From assembly GCA_964016885.1 (NCBI GenBank), contig OZ024745.1:125736001-125800000 (forward strand): 64,000 nt of DNA, given 5' to 3'. This DNA is from Eledone cirrhosa (lineage: Eukaryota). Of the stretch, positions 1-13,234 are shown one piece after another; position 1 is the stretch's first letter; each line of letters starts with the position of its first letter. The position numbers and the translations under genes are program-made. Below the pieces are notes generated by a model that saw only the letters and a list, made by a program, of their open reading frames with translations, ran no database searches and was not told the origin of the DNA.

Positions 1-287
1 AAAAGGGGTCGATTATTCAGAACCTGAGAATTGATATTGCGGAAATTTAAACTGAGAATGCAAACAACTGGCACAAACGACTCTGCCAATCGGTCAATAA
101 CCTTTACTTATAGCTTTAAATGTGATGATATTGATAATGGTATTAATCGGTGATCAATTATATTGATGGATTTCTGATAAACGAAATCACACAAGAATAA
201 AGAGATGAAAAAAAAAAACTTTTTTTCCGATGTTTCACATTTTTGTTCTGTTCTGGATTATTTTCGGGTTCAGTTTTTAAAGAAATA

Positions 288-435
288 ATAATTGTTTCTA
301 CTTTTGGTACAAGGCCAGCTATTACCCCAGCGCATTACTGGTACTCTATTTTATTGACCCCGTAAGGATGAAAGGCAAGGTTAACCCCAACGGGATTTGA
401 ACTCAGACTGTAAAGGGACGTAACTATACTGGAAA
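288..435 (-). mobile_element. tRNA-derived SINE (dominant family), 5'-truncated copy that ends in a fold-back
   Basis: Reverse complement of the family consensus (...gagttcaaatcccg...gcctttcatccttacggggtcgataaaataaagtaccag...ggccttgtgccaaaagtagaaacaatt) seen ~20 times in the window. Confidence 0.8.
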
Positions 436-667
436 GCTACGTCCCTTTACGGTCTGAGTCCCTTAACCGTCGAGGTTAACTTTGCCTCCTTATTAACCAG
501 AAGAGTTGACACAAAATATAGCATTAAGGACAGCACAAGGCGGGAAAGTTTCAAATATCAGGTAAATCCTGTCCAAACGTGAATTTTTTTATTATTTTTT
601 TAAGGGTGGTAACTGGGTCCACACGTGAAATAAGCTACATGCTAATTGGACCCCTTATACACACACT

Positions 668-1085
<418 letters not shown>

Positions 1086-1281
1086 ACATATATTTATAAA
1101 ACAAAATTTATTTTCAATGAATAATATCAATATTCGATTCGTTTGCATATATATATATGTGTATGTGTGTGTGAATATTTAAGTGCCGTATGTGGATATG
1201 TATACGTATGCATGTATGTATTTATTTATGAATGCTTGTAAGTATCCATGTATAAATCTTCGTTCGTATATATGTACTTAC

Positions 1282-1312
<31 letters not shown>

Positions 1313-1838
1313 TGTAGGTAGGTATATAAGTATGTGTATATATATATATATATATTCTCTCCCCCTCTTTCTCCCCTAAGTCTCAGTCTATCTGCTCCAT
1401 CTCTCCTTCTGCCTCTCCCTCACTCTTCTCTCACCCATCCTCACTCATATAAATACATACTATTCTCTCTCAACGCCTCAATACTTGCACACCTCTGCCA
1501 AACACACACTCGCACACATGCGCGCACACACACATGCACGTACACACACACACATATACAAGCACGCACACACACACACATACATATACAAGCAAGCACA
1601 CATACAAGCACTCACACACATGCTTATTCACTCAAACAAGTTCTGTCATCCTCATCCACTCTAGTATCTTCCTATCCCTGCCCCCCCCCCTTCCTCTGCT
1701 AGTTCTCTGTTTCTCTATTCCCCCTTTCTTACTCTCACTCAACTATAACGTGAGCCCCTTACCTCAAACAATCCATCATTATCTCTGTCTCTCTCTCACA
1801 CATCAAAAAAATAGTCGCCTAGGACGCTGACCGCATTA

Positions 1839-2071
1839 TGAAGGTTTAATAATTGTTTCTGCTTTTGGCACAAGGCCAGCAAATTGTCAGTGCATTACTG
1901 GTACATTATTTTACCGACCCCCCGTAAGTATGAAAGGCAAAGTTTACCTCAAATCCCGCTGTGGTTAACTTTGCCTTTCATCCTTACGGGGTCGATAAAA
2001 TAAGGTACCAGTAATGCACTGGTTAATTTGCTGGCCTTGTGCCAAAAGTAGAAAAAATTATTAAACCTTCA
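1839..2071. repeat. Inverted duplication of the 3' half of a SINE plus flank
   Basis: Left arm tgaaggtttaataattgtttctgcttttggcacaagg... is the reverse complement of right arm ...ccttgtgccaaaagtagaaaaaattattaaaccttca, with several mismatches. Confidence 0.85.
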
Positions 2072-2144
2072 AGTATCAGTTTTAAATACATGTGTATATT
2101 TATATTAGAGCGATCAATAAAGAAATAATTATTATTGCCATTAT

Positions 2145-2297
2145 GTGAATTGGCAGTATCGATAGAGGGTTGGACACCATGCTTTCTAGCATAGTTACGG
2201 CCCTTTACTGCTTTTCATCGTTACGGGGTCGATAAAATAAAGTACCAGTAATGTACTGTGATAATTGCTGGCCTTGTGCCAAAAGTAGAAACAATTA
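2145..2297 (+). mobile_element. SINE copy with internal deletion
   Basis: A-box-like tggcagtatcga and the family 3' end are present; the B-box segment is missing. Confidence 0.8.
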
Positions 2298-2844
2298 TTG
2301 TTATTACTATTGTAATTCTTGTTCATGCGGTTAATTATTGTTTATATATATTTCATTACTGCACTAGGGCTTAATGAACACAACCACAAGGATATGGTCC
2401 GAATGTGGAAAAGCCGAACTCCCACTGTCATCGCCTCCATCTCTCTCGCCCTCGCCATCTCTCCGTATGGTGAGCAAATGGAGTCACACATGCTGGCCTC
2501 CCCACAACCCCGGAGGACAGAATGGAGAAGGCGTTTCTCCGGAGGATGGTTGCCACGTAGCAACATTGTGGAGATTTCCAAAGTGATGGATATGACTGAA
2601 TGGTGTGGTGACCTGAAACATGACATTACGTGGAGGAATAAATGTGTTGGAAAATGCAGGCATTAAAATTCGTATTTGTTTTCTTTTTTTTTTATGTGAC
2701 CAGAGAAAGAAATTCCCCAAAACTATTCGCCAACATACCAAATACTTAGCTGAAATAATTTTATTTAAGAGAATGGGGCGCTCATTGTATGGCTAGCCTT
2801 GAGCGCTAAATATGCAGACATCGCCCTGCACACGGACATACATA

Positions 2845-2917
<73 letters not shown>

Positions 2918-3840
2918 CTCTCCTTTAATTTCCTTTCCGAAATCCATCCCTATCAGTAGATCCTCCCAGCCGCCCACTCTCTATATCTTCCTATCACTTT
3001 CATTCTTATTCTCTCCCGACACTCTCCACCTCACAACTTCTGAAGACTTTTATTCTTCGACTCGGCTCAGAAACTACTCACATATATGTATGTATAAAAC
3101 TCATATATATATATATGTATATGATCTTCCTAAAAATCCTTATTTAGCTTATAGTTTTAACGCCTATAACGTTTTAATCCTCCACCCCCCACCAACGTGA
3201 ACACGGCCCAAATATTACTTCGTTTGTAAGTCCCTAGTATTTAGATTTAAGGTACACTGGTTTATCTGTCGCACTGAGCACTGGGCCTTTCCATTTCCCT
3301 TAGATAGTTCCTCTAACTGCTTAAACTGCGCTTCCACAGTTAATATCCCTCCACCTTATAGTTTGGGCCCGAATTAACCGTTTCCTAGCATCTACACTTT
3401 GATCTTTGCCTATATTCCTAACCTGATTTCAACCTTTTTTCTTTCCTTTCTTCATTTACTTTCCTCTGTCTTCGTATAAGGGACTGTGTATCCATATATT
3501 TGGGTTTTGCGTATGGGTTTTGTGTATGTCCGAATGTGTTTGCTTGTGGGTAATCTATAGTTCACGTGCATCTGCATATACTACTGATATAGGCCCATGC
3601 ACACGCGTCCATAGCTACGACGAAGCAAACCTATTATTTTTAGGTCAAACACTCAAACATGTAGCTAAATCTGTCCACACCTTCACCCCTGGGTGACATT
3701 TAACGATCATTTTCTGGGTTATCTCCTTTCGGTCGTAAACAAGCCTGAGAGTGGACGACCAGGGGACAGAGGAAGCGACAGATATAAATAGCCTGCCTTA
3801 GATCAAGCGATAAGCAGTTCAAAGCAGCTCTTGATAGAGT

Positions 3841-3896
3841 ATACATGTAAAACATTTGCTTTCTACATATACATGTAAAACATTTGCTTTCTACAT
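3841..3896. repeat. Perfect 28-bp tandem duplication
   Basis: atacatgtaaaacatttgctttctacat occurs twice head to tail. Confidence 0.95.
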
Positions 3897-3959
3897 ATAA
3901 CGGCGGCGAAGATTCGAAACCGAATATGAGCTTTCCCGCCTCTGGGACAAGTCGTAGTT

Positions 3960-4540
3960 AGTTGTTTACGACCGGCAGACCAACCACTTGGGAGATGCTA
4001 AACACAGGTCAGATGTTGTTTACACCTGGCAGAAAATAGGTCAGATGATATATCCATCCTTCTAAGTTGTTTACACCCGGCAGACCAACCCAACCCCTTG
4101 GGAGATTCTAACCAAAGGTCAGAGGATATATCTATCCTTCTAACTTCAACCCTTATAAATATAAGGGTTGTTTACGCCCAGGCAGAAAAAGTGATGCCAC
4201 AGACAAGAACGGACATTTCACCTACGCTATCAAAACTCCCTTCACGAAAATCATCTGTCCACTATTTTCTCACACGCCTCTTCACGCCTGGCTGAGTGAT
4301 TACTACTACTGCTTAAACAAGAAAGTATACTAATACGCACACACTCACACATAGTATGTTCATACTGTTTTCATTTCACACGCACCATTTCTGTTTGTCA
4401 CATTGTATCTTTCAGATACAATACACATTATATTATAATCGTATTCTGTGAAATTATTGTACGAATATTTCATGTTATAGATGTTATCATTCAATATTCA
4501 AATTAAATATTGTTATAATAAAATAAACATTGTAACAACA
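3960..4540 (+). mobile_element. Possible solo-LTR-like remnant with internal repeats
   Basis: Four imperfect gttgtttac...ggcaga repeats, a TATA-like tataaata near 4155, aataaa near 4517 and a tgtaacaaca end. No TSD or partner LTR found. Confidence 0.3.
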
Positions 4541-4911
4541 CAATCCCGGTATTATTCTTTGAATTGAAACCATCATACCAACAATTCCATCTATCCACTT
4601 ATTCGTTACAACTGGATTATTCGCTACAGCAGACCACTTAGGGCCTTACAGACTCTTACTTTCCCTTACTCTTTCTCTCTCTTTCACTCAATATCCATCT
4701 CTTGATCTCTCTCGTTACCAAGACAGTGAAGTTCATGAAGGTTTTCTTGGTAAATACAATTTAATTCTACTTTTACAAACAAACAAGCTAGCAATAGACA
4801 CTCATAGCAATACACGCACACTGTAGCTTATGCACACAATCTTTCCTCAGTACAATAGCTTAGACAGATGGCCATGCATCATAGATTTACTGACACTAAC
4901 GTGATTATAAT

Positions 4912-5093
4912 AATTATTTCTACTTTTGGCACAAGGCCAGCAATTATCCCAGTACATTACTGGTGCTTTATTTTATCGACCCCATTGGGATGAAAGATAC
5001 AACTAACCTGGGCGGGATTTGAACTCACACCGTAAAGGGCCATAACTCTATGCTGAAAAGCATACCACCCGACCCTCTACCGATACTGCCAAT
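4912..5093 (-). mobile_element. tRNA-derived SINE, near full length
   Basis: Matches the family consensus on the minus strand including A- and B-box-like motifs. Confidence 0.85.
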
Positions 5094-5382
5094 AAGGGTA
5101 AGATGACCGTCGTCACCAGCTGAGAGTTAGATAAAAATATAATGATAACACATAGATTAATCAAAAGTTTTATAACCTTTTTAGAACCAGACGGATTAAC
5201 CAAAGATTGAATATCCAGACCTACTTTCACCACCTACTACCATTCCGTTCCCCTTTCCCTTGGCTTGCCAGTGCTAGGGTTCGTCTAGCATATGCTTGGC
5301 TGTTACTGAAATGTCAACATTTCTTCGATGGCAGCCATATCAAAAACAGAACCAAAACTTTATTTTTTATTAACATTTAGAC

Positions 5383-5458
5383 ACCTGTCTGATGACAACG
5401 CATGCGGATAACTATTGCATAACGTCTCTTTGATGCGATTGAAATATACATAATGGGT
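5383..5458 (+). ncRNA. Candidate minimal type I hammerhead ribozyme with long stem II
   Basis: acctgt-CTGATGA-c-aacgcat...atgcgatt-GAAA-tataca-TA-atgggt; stem I acctgt/atgggt pairs using G-U. Confidence 0.55.
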
Positions 5459-6041
5459 ATGATGTAATGATAATAACATGATGTTGAATATGTGTTACTG
5501 TCTCCCTTCGTTTGTACTAGATCATTGGAAGTGCTCACATTACGGTCGCCAAACACCTATTGCATAACTACAAGGCTCCGGACTGATTCTTTGTAATTTT
5601 ATTTTCAACCTAAAAACTTTTCAGACTTTCGCTGTTATCTCCCTTACACCTCTCGCACGCAGTCTAGTATTACCTGTGTGAAATGACCGGGTTTCTGCGC
5701 ATGCGCGTTCGTACGGTTGTCCTTCCTGTTCCTATAACCATGCCCATTCCGAGCTGAGGATCCGCTAAGGTGAAACAATTGTTCTCGGTATGGTGAACTA
5801 ACTGTTGTGTAACCACTTCTACCTAACTTGTCCCTTGGACTGAGTGCTCTACCACTACGGATGTTACCTTCCAGTGTTCCACCACTATTTACGTCTCCAG
5901 CAGCGGTCAGCAGATTCTCTGCACTACGTAGAAGTTTGGCTTTTAGCAGATTCTTCACCACGTGCGAGTTTGGCTTACTACGCTGAGAGCGCTCTCTATA
6001 GCCTCGTGTCCTACACAATCTAGTGTCTCATCAACGTCAGT

Positions 6042-6156
6042 ATGGATTTATACGAACAGGATTACTCCCTGAAGAACATTCCAACTCCCTCCAAACATGT
6101 TTACCAAAAGCTCCTCCTACAAAAAAGCGGAAGATGTCGTCAGACGCTTAAGATGT
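6042..6156 (+). pseudogene. N-terminus of a Penelope-like element ORF (frameshifted fragment)
   Basis: Translates MDLYEQDYSLKNIPTPSKHVYQKLLLQK then, after one extra A in the A6 run, AEDVVRRLR. Resembles the YSLKNIPxPS...KxExxxxRxRW start recalled from invertebrate PLE ORFs. Confidence 0.55.
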
Positions 6157-6278
6157 CTGCATGTCCCGGAGGAGTCCCTATAGCTTGAGGGGAGTTCCCA
6201 TCCTAATGTGTTGTTACTGTCCATATATATATATATATGGATAGCGACAGCTGGATAGATGGATGTATGTTTAGACTG

Positions 6279-6435
<157 letters not shown>

Positions 6436-6474
6436 ATGTATGTATATATGTATATTGTCGCATATCCAATCTCT

Positions 6475-6545
6475 TATATATTTTGTCTGATGAAAACGTA
6501 CTGAAACACCATTGAACCTTTGAAATGTGTATAATAAAATATATA
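6475..6545 (+). ncRNA. Minimal type I hammerhead ribozyme (family A), weak stem II
   Basis: tatatattttgt-CTGATGA-aaa...ttt-GAAA-tgtgta-TA-ataaaatatata. The downstream ~140 bp match 57242-57390 and run into (AT)n. Confidence 0.65.
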
Positions 6546-6679
6546 TTTTGGTTATGAGAATATTATTCATTTATTAATATTTTGAATAATATTAAATACT
6601 CCAGATAAACTGTCGAGTACTTCTAATCTATTGTAAAATTGTATTCGTTGAATAATCAACGAACCATATAAACTTTTGG

Positions 6680-6825
<146 letters not shown>

Positions 6826-7469
6826 AGAATTAAGCTCACCTACACACATACAAGCGCACTTCTATGTGTGTATGCACGCCTAGCTTAGTCTTTATATCTA
6901 AGTCTCCCGCCTGTTTCTCTATGAGAATGTATATGTGTTTGTCTGGGTTTGTGTGAGAGAAAGAGAGCGGCTGTGAAGTATGAGAGGAATGATAACTCCA
7001 GCATGTGTGTGTTCTGTATGGTACTCTTCCATGGATTCTAACTAACAATGTGTGAACCATCCTCTCAACGACACCCCCATCCTCCTTCATCCATCCATTC
7101 GTTCATCCATTGATCCAGCCATCTGTTGTCCATATCTCCAGCAGTCTAAACATACATCCATCTATCCATTCGATTCTCTTTCCCTCCATCTATCTATCCA
7201 CCCTGCCATCATGTTTTCACCTATCCATTTTTCCATCCATCTGTTCATCTATCCACCAAACTAATCACCCATTAGCCAGCCATTCCACAAACCTGTCAGC
7301 ATACTTCCACTTGTCCCTCCATCGCTCCATCAACCTATCCATCCACTTATCTATCTATCTTTCTATCTATCTATCCGTCCATTATTCCTTCTATCCTCCA
7401 AACGCCTACTCATTAGCAAGCTATTCCACCAGCCAGTCCACATGTTTCTAACTGTCCATTCATCCAGCC

Positions 7470-7805
7470 ACCACCCAGCTAAAAATCCAACCATCCACCC
7501 AGCTAAAAATCCAACCATCCACCCAGCCAAACATCCAACCATCCACCCAGCCAAACATCCAACCATCCACCCAGCCAAACATCCAACCATCCAACCATCT
7601 ACCCAGCCAAACATCCAACCATCAATTCAGTCATCCAACGACCCAACCATCCACCCAGCCAGACATCCAACCATCCACCCAGCCAAACATCCACCCAGCC
7701 AACCATCCACCCAGCCAGACATCCAACCATCCACCCAGCCAACCATCCACCCAGCCAACCATCTATTCATTCATCCAACGATCCAATTATCTAGCCAACA
7801 TCCAA
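7470..7805. repeat. 24-bp minisatellite (ccacccagc(c/t)aaa(c/a)atccaaccat) decaying into (CCAT/CCAA)-rich sequence
   Basis: About five near-perfect units at 7470-7590, then degenerate units. Confidence 0.9.
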
Positions 7806-8113
7806 CCCCAATCTGGTAGGACCCGCTGGAAGGAGTGTTTAGGGACACTGCCTCCACGACCCTCTCAGGAATAAGTGAGCGAAGAAGAATGCATTTACTA
7901 ATGAGAGTAAAGACTATTTGGGAAGAAGTCATAGTACTACTTTGTACACTATCTAATCTGTTATCAATTTGTCCTTATCTAAACTATAATAAAGTAAGGA
8001 GTGCGGGACTGCGTACGGTTTATAATTGTTTATCCCATTATTAAAATAAGTTGGATTACTTTGGATAAATAATGAATGAATATTACATAATTTATCTACT
8101 AAATTTCGTTTGC

Positions 8114-8218
<105 letters not shown>

Positions 8219-8745
8219 AACATGTCACGGCCGTATGTGGGTATGTGTACGTATGCATGTATGTATTTATTTATGAATGCTTGTAAGTATCCATGTATAA
8301 ATGTTCGTTCGTATATATATATAAGCTATGAAGCTAATTCGAAATAACAAAATGATTATGCCATGAGGAAATGACAATCGCCAATATCGTTTTAATTAAT
8401 CTAGGAAGTACATGTATGGTACTGCATTAGATACAAGAATCTAACTATTGTTTTTCCTGTTGACGGCATCCTTGAGAATTTTCCCTCAGTAATTCGTTAT
8501 CCTATAAAAGTTAATATCTACAAGCTGTTTCTCGACAGTTATTAGTTGCATATTACTGACTATCAGTGTTGGAGAACTGTGTACTGGCAATCTGGGAAAG
8601 ATGGAAATCTAACTGACTAAGTGGTTGATGAGTAAGGTATTAGCTAGATTGATGGGATGGTCGGATGTCTGGATTGGTTAGAGGGATGGTTGGTAGGTAG
8701 AAAGACAGAAACAAGTACCTGAGAGTGTTAGAAACATCTGGCAAA

Positions 8746-8784
<39 letters not shown>

Positions 8785-8795
8785 AATTATAGATA

Positions 8796-9271
8796 CTAGC
8801 AGAAAAACCACCCTTCGGGTGGTTCTCTGCTAGCATATATAGTGTGCATATTGATATTATACGCAAGTATATATGAATGTAGATATGATACATCAAATAA
8901 AATCGTAATTGACAATATGCACAGAAATTGAACGAAGACTGTGTTACACTCTCTTATGTAACGTAATCCATGATACATTAAAAAAAGACGAGTATATATA
9001 TAAACTGCATTAGGAGAAAATTAGTGTCGGAAATATATGAATGTTTATTTAAGCGATCGCTAACCGGAAGTGTTGACATTTGAAAATTTTAAAGAAGTGA
9101 ATCTTTGAATAAACAATAAAATATATTTAATCAACAGCTACGAAATTTAGTAGATAAATTATGTAATATTCATTCATTATTTATCCAAAGCAATCCAACT
9201 TATTTTAATAATGGGATAACAAATTATAAACCGTACGCAGTCCCGCACTCCTCCCTTTATTATAGTTTAGA
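8796..9271 (-). mobile_element. Non-autonomous Helitron (~476 bp)
   Basis: Minus strand starts TCTAAACTATAATAAAG, ends hairpin ccaccc-gaa-gggtgg then tttttctgCTAG, and sits between an A and a T with no TSD. Confidence 0.65.
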
Positions 9272-9415
9272 TAACGACAAATATATATATAACGAAGGAG
9301 TTGTGGTAAGGAACCAGATGGACCATAACGCACCAGAGTACTCAATACTTAGGGTAGTAGAATGGGTAATAGGAAAATGTATGACCCAAAGGGGGTCATA
9401 CATTTTCCTATATAT

Positions 9416-9485
<70 letters not shown>

Positions 9486-9609
9486 ATGTGTGTGTATGTG
9501 AGTGAATCTGTTATTTTAATAAATATTTGCTCTACGGTTCTTATATATTTGATATATATTTATCCTTATCGAGCCCTCTTTGGATTTTAGTCTTCAAATT
9601 TATTATTAT

Positions 9610-9679
<70 letters not shown>

Positions 9680-10107
9680 TATATATATAACTTAAAGATA
9701 ACTCAATTAAAAAACACTATATTCATCTTTAATACTGGAAGCTTGATTTTTATTAAACCATACAATTTCCACGGGGTCAGCTAGTAAAGTTTAAAGTATA
9801 ATTTTGGTAATGGATTTGAGATATCAGCTGTGTATGTATTTATGCATATAATTATACATGTATTTTATGCATGTAATTATACAATTATCAAAGCACGTGT
9901 GTAATTGTGTTTATATATGTTCGCATGCCTGCATGCCATTATGTGTGTGAATTGTATATATGCGCGTATTCATATATATATACACGTTTGTCTATATTTA
10001 TGTGTATGGTCTCTAGGCTAGGCGTTAGGAATGTCTAACGTATTTTTACAATCCTATTAATGTTTTGTCAATTATAATTTATTAATTAAATGTGATTTTT
10101 TTTTCAG

Positions 10108-10186
10108 GTTTTGTGAAAGCCAGCTTCTCGAAATTGGTACTCAAGCAGTTAGTTACATAATCAAGCAACTCAACATACAAGGCTAA
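10108..10186 (+). CDS. Possible terminal coding exon of an unidentified host gene (xFCESQLLEIGTQAVSYIIKQLNIQG*)
   Basis: Strong acceptor tttttttttcag|G at 10107/10108, 25 non-repetitive open codons, TAA, then AT-rich UTR-like sequence. No family recognised and no other exon found. Confidence 0.25.
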
Positions 10187-10464
10187 ACATCTATATCTTC
10201 TAATGTACGGTGTCGATGTGCTTTTATTCTTTTTTGTTCTATTATTAACTTTCTAGCATTTAACATTTACCCAACAGATATTATCTAAAAATAATTTGTT
10301 AATTCAAATGTTTATAATATTTATACTGACGGGTAGTTCATGGTGGAAATTTGTAGATTTTAAGCTTTAAAGTGATCAAGTCATTGTGTTGTTTTGTATA
10401 TTTCAAGAATGTCTTGTTAATATGGTTTCATGTGTTTTGTTCATTCAAATGTTTAGAGTATATT

Positions 10465-10808
10465 TATTACATTTGATAAAGTGCGTAACTCGGCAATCAT
10501 AGAATTATTCCAGCTAGAGCCACTACTTCTCCAAATTGAACGATCATAGCTCCGATACTATGGGAATGTGGTTAGAATGACTCAAGAAAGAATCGCTGGA
10601 CAGATTTTATGGGCAAAACCAACTGAAAGGAGGCCCAGAGGTAGACCCCGAGCAAAATGTTTGGATAACATCGATGAGCTTGACTGGTCAGGTTTGGGGA
10701 TCCAGTAGGATCAGTTGGAGACGGTTGCTTCTGGTAGGACCCACTGGAAGGAGTGTTTAGGGACACTGCCTCCACGACCCTTTCAGGAATAAGTGGGCGA
10801 AGAAGAAT
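10465..10808 (+). mobile_element. RTE-clade LINE 3' fragment
   Basis: Translates FDKVRNSAIIELFQLEPLLLQIERS*LRYYGNVVRMTQERIAGQILWAKPTERRPRGRPRAKCLDNI, the RTE C-terminal LRW.GHV.RM...R.RGRP pattern; ends in gaagaagaa. Confidence 0.8.
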
Positions 10809-11009
10809 GCATTTACTAACGAGAGTAAATACTATATGCGAGGAAGTCATAGTACTGTTTTCTACTCTATGTATCTAATCTTTTATCAATGTGTCCTTAT
10901 ATCTATCATTGTTGTGCCAGAGGCTTCTAACTCTCACAGGTTTCTATTTCTGTTTTTCTATCTACTTTCCTGTCTTATATGAATCTCTCTCTCTCTCTCA
11001 CTATCTCAC

Positions 11010-11195
11010 TGGTGAATTGGCAGTATCGGTAGAGTCGAACGCCATGTTTTGACGCATAGGGTTACGGCCCTTGCCAGTCTGAGTTCAAATCCCGCCGAGG
11101 TTAACTTTGCCTTTCATCCTTACGGGGGTCGATAAAATAAAGTACCAGTAATGTACTGGATAATTGCTGGCCTTGTGCCAATAGTAGAAACAATT
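11010..11195 (+). mobile_element. tRNA-derived SINE
   Basis: A box tggcagtatcgg, B box gagttcaaatcc, family body and 3' end. Confidence 0.9.
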
Positions 11196-11253
11196 ATATA
11201 TATATATATATATATATATAGTTAAAAGAATAGAGGTGTAACACACAAGTTAT

Positions 11254-11557
<304 letters not shown>

Positions 11558-11564
11558 ATGTATG

Positions 11565-11595
<31 letters not shown>

Positions 11596-11634
11596 TTACG
11601 TATATATATATATATATATATACGTAATTACGTA

Positions 11635-11830
11635 CATACATAGATGATGGCTGTCCCCTCGTTATCGAGTATGGCCATTGCACAATATAACTTTATTGAT
11701 AATTTTTAATTAATTCTATTATGCAATGCCTGTGCGTGAAGATTTTTTTTAAATGAGGAAAGACTGTGCACTGAGCCAATCCCACTCTCTGAGCGACAGT
11801 AATACAACCCCAAAAGAAAAGATCAACATG
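11635..11830 (-). mobile_element. 5'-truncated copy of RTE-derived non-autonomous element (family 2)
   Basis: Reverse complement matches 39553-39950 without the nested SINE; ends in an (ATGT)n-like tail. Confidence 0.7.
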
Positions 11831-12951
11831 TGTTTTTTGTTTTTACTTTTCTCCCGTATGTAATACTTCGTGTAAAGGGGATCGATAATAAGTAAACATT
11901 GAAATAAATACTGGTATCGATATGATAGCCGAAATTCTTTATGATGTATTTTTAATATCTTTTTTTAAGTGACTTGCCTCTGTTCCTCAGGGAGCTGATT
12001 CTTTAGAAGCTTACGAGGCTCTTGTGTTATTTGAAAGTTGATTTGCCTTTTGAGCAGGATAGGCCTAAAGTTTCTGTTGCTCAATTCTTGGCACCGCAAT
12101 GCTGGAAGCATTTGTTCATTTTTCTAATGTTGATTTATAGATTGCTGCTGTAGTCCTTTTGGGGGTCATAAAAAAATGCACGCATCAGCCTCTTCACATT
12201 TTTGTGTTCCTACTTTGGAAGAAGAAGGTTATGCTTGATCAACACAGCATCTAATATGGCACTGTTCCTAATTTTGTTGTATACGTGCAGTGGGAGTGCT
12301 GTGTCCGTTATCATTAAATGGTACTGTTAATCTACTAATAATTCTAAGGCCCGTCTGAAATCTGTCTGTATCCTGTTAGTAACTAAACGGGCCTGTATGT
12401 CATTAGATAGCTGTACTTTCTTTATCTTGGCCTCTGAAGATAAGGTTCGTATGCATGTGTATGCAACTATGTATATATGTAATACAGCGTTACAAACGCC
12501 ATAATCAAAGAACGTTGTTTGCACCCATTCTCCGAAACACATATCCCCTTTCTTTTTAAAATCTCAATAAAACTTTTCTCTTTCATTGTCTCCCTTTCTC
12601 TCTTGAGGCTTATCTCGCTTTCTCTATCCATTTTTCCTTCTCTAAGATAATCGTTCATTTCTCTCTCTTTCATCAATCATAATCTGTCGTGTCTTCCTCT
12701 CACTCAGCCTCTCGCCCTTCTCTAAAGAATGGAGAAAAAGAAAATGACCAGATTGTTTTCATATGAATACGGAAAAATAAATGACTGTTTTATACATAAA
12801 AATAAATACTATCATTATTTGTCCGGTGGAATAAGGAACAATAATGTATAATTTTTGTCGGCAATAGTTCTTTATTACAACTCGGACACACACAGAGACA
12901 ACGTTTCTTTATATAATGTTTTTTTTTGTGTGTATCTATATATATATATAC

Positions 12952-13115
12952 AGGAACGAGTAGGACCCCGACGGCTGAGCTCAAGCCGTTTCGACGGCTA
13001 ATTCTGGACTAAATGAACATTTTTATCCTGGTATATCAGGATAAAAATTTTCATTTAGTCCAGAATTAGCCGTCGAAACGGCTTGAGCTCAGCCGTCGGG
13101 GTCCTACTCGTTCCT
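12952..13115. repeat. 164-bp near-perfect palindrome forming the 5' part of a repeat module that continues to ~13195
   Basis: aggaacgagtaggaccccgacggc... mirrors ...gccgtcggggtcctactcgttcct. The unpaired continuation 13110-13200 recurs inverted at 9285-9375. Confidence 0.95.
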
Positions 13116-13193
13116 ATTACCCACTCTACTACCCTAAGTATTGAGTACTTTGGTGCGTTATGGTCCACTTGGTTCCTTACCACATTTCCTTCG

Positions 13194-13234
<41 letters not shown>

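Noticed and set aside
5644-6018. 124-aa minus-strand ORF
   Set aside because: No recognisable motif, non-ATG start, antisense to a probable PLE leader.
7470-7805. CRISPR-like regular repeat
   Set aside because: Head-to-tail minisatellite without unique spacers; eukaryotic context, no cas genes.
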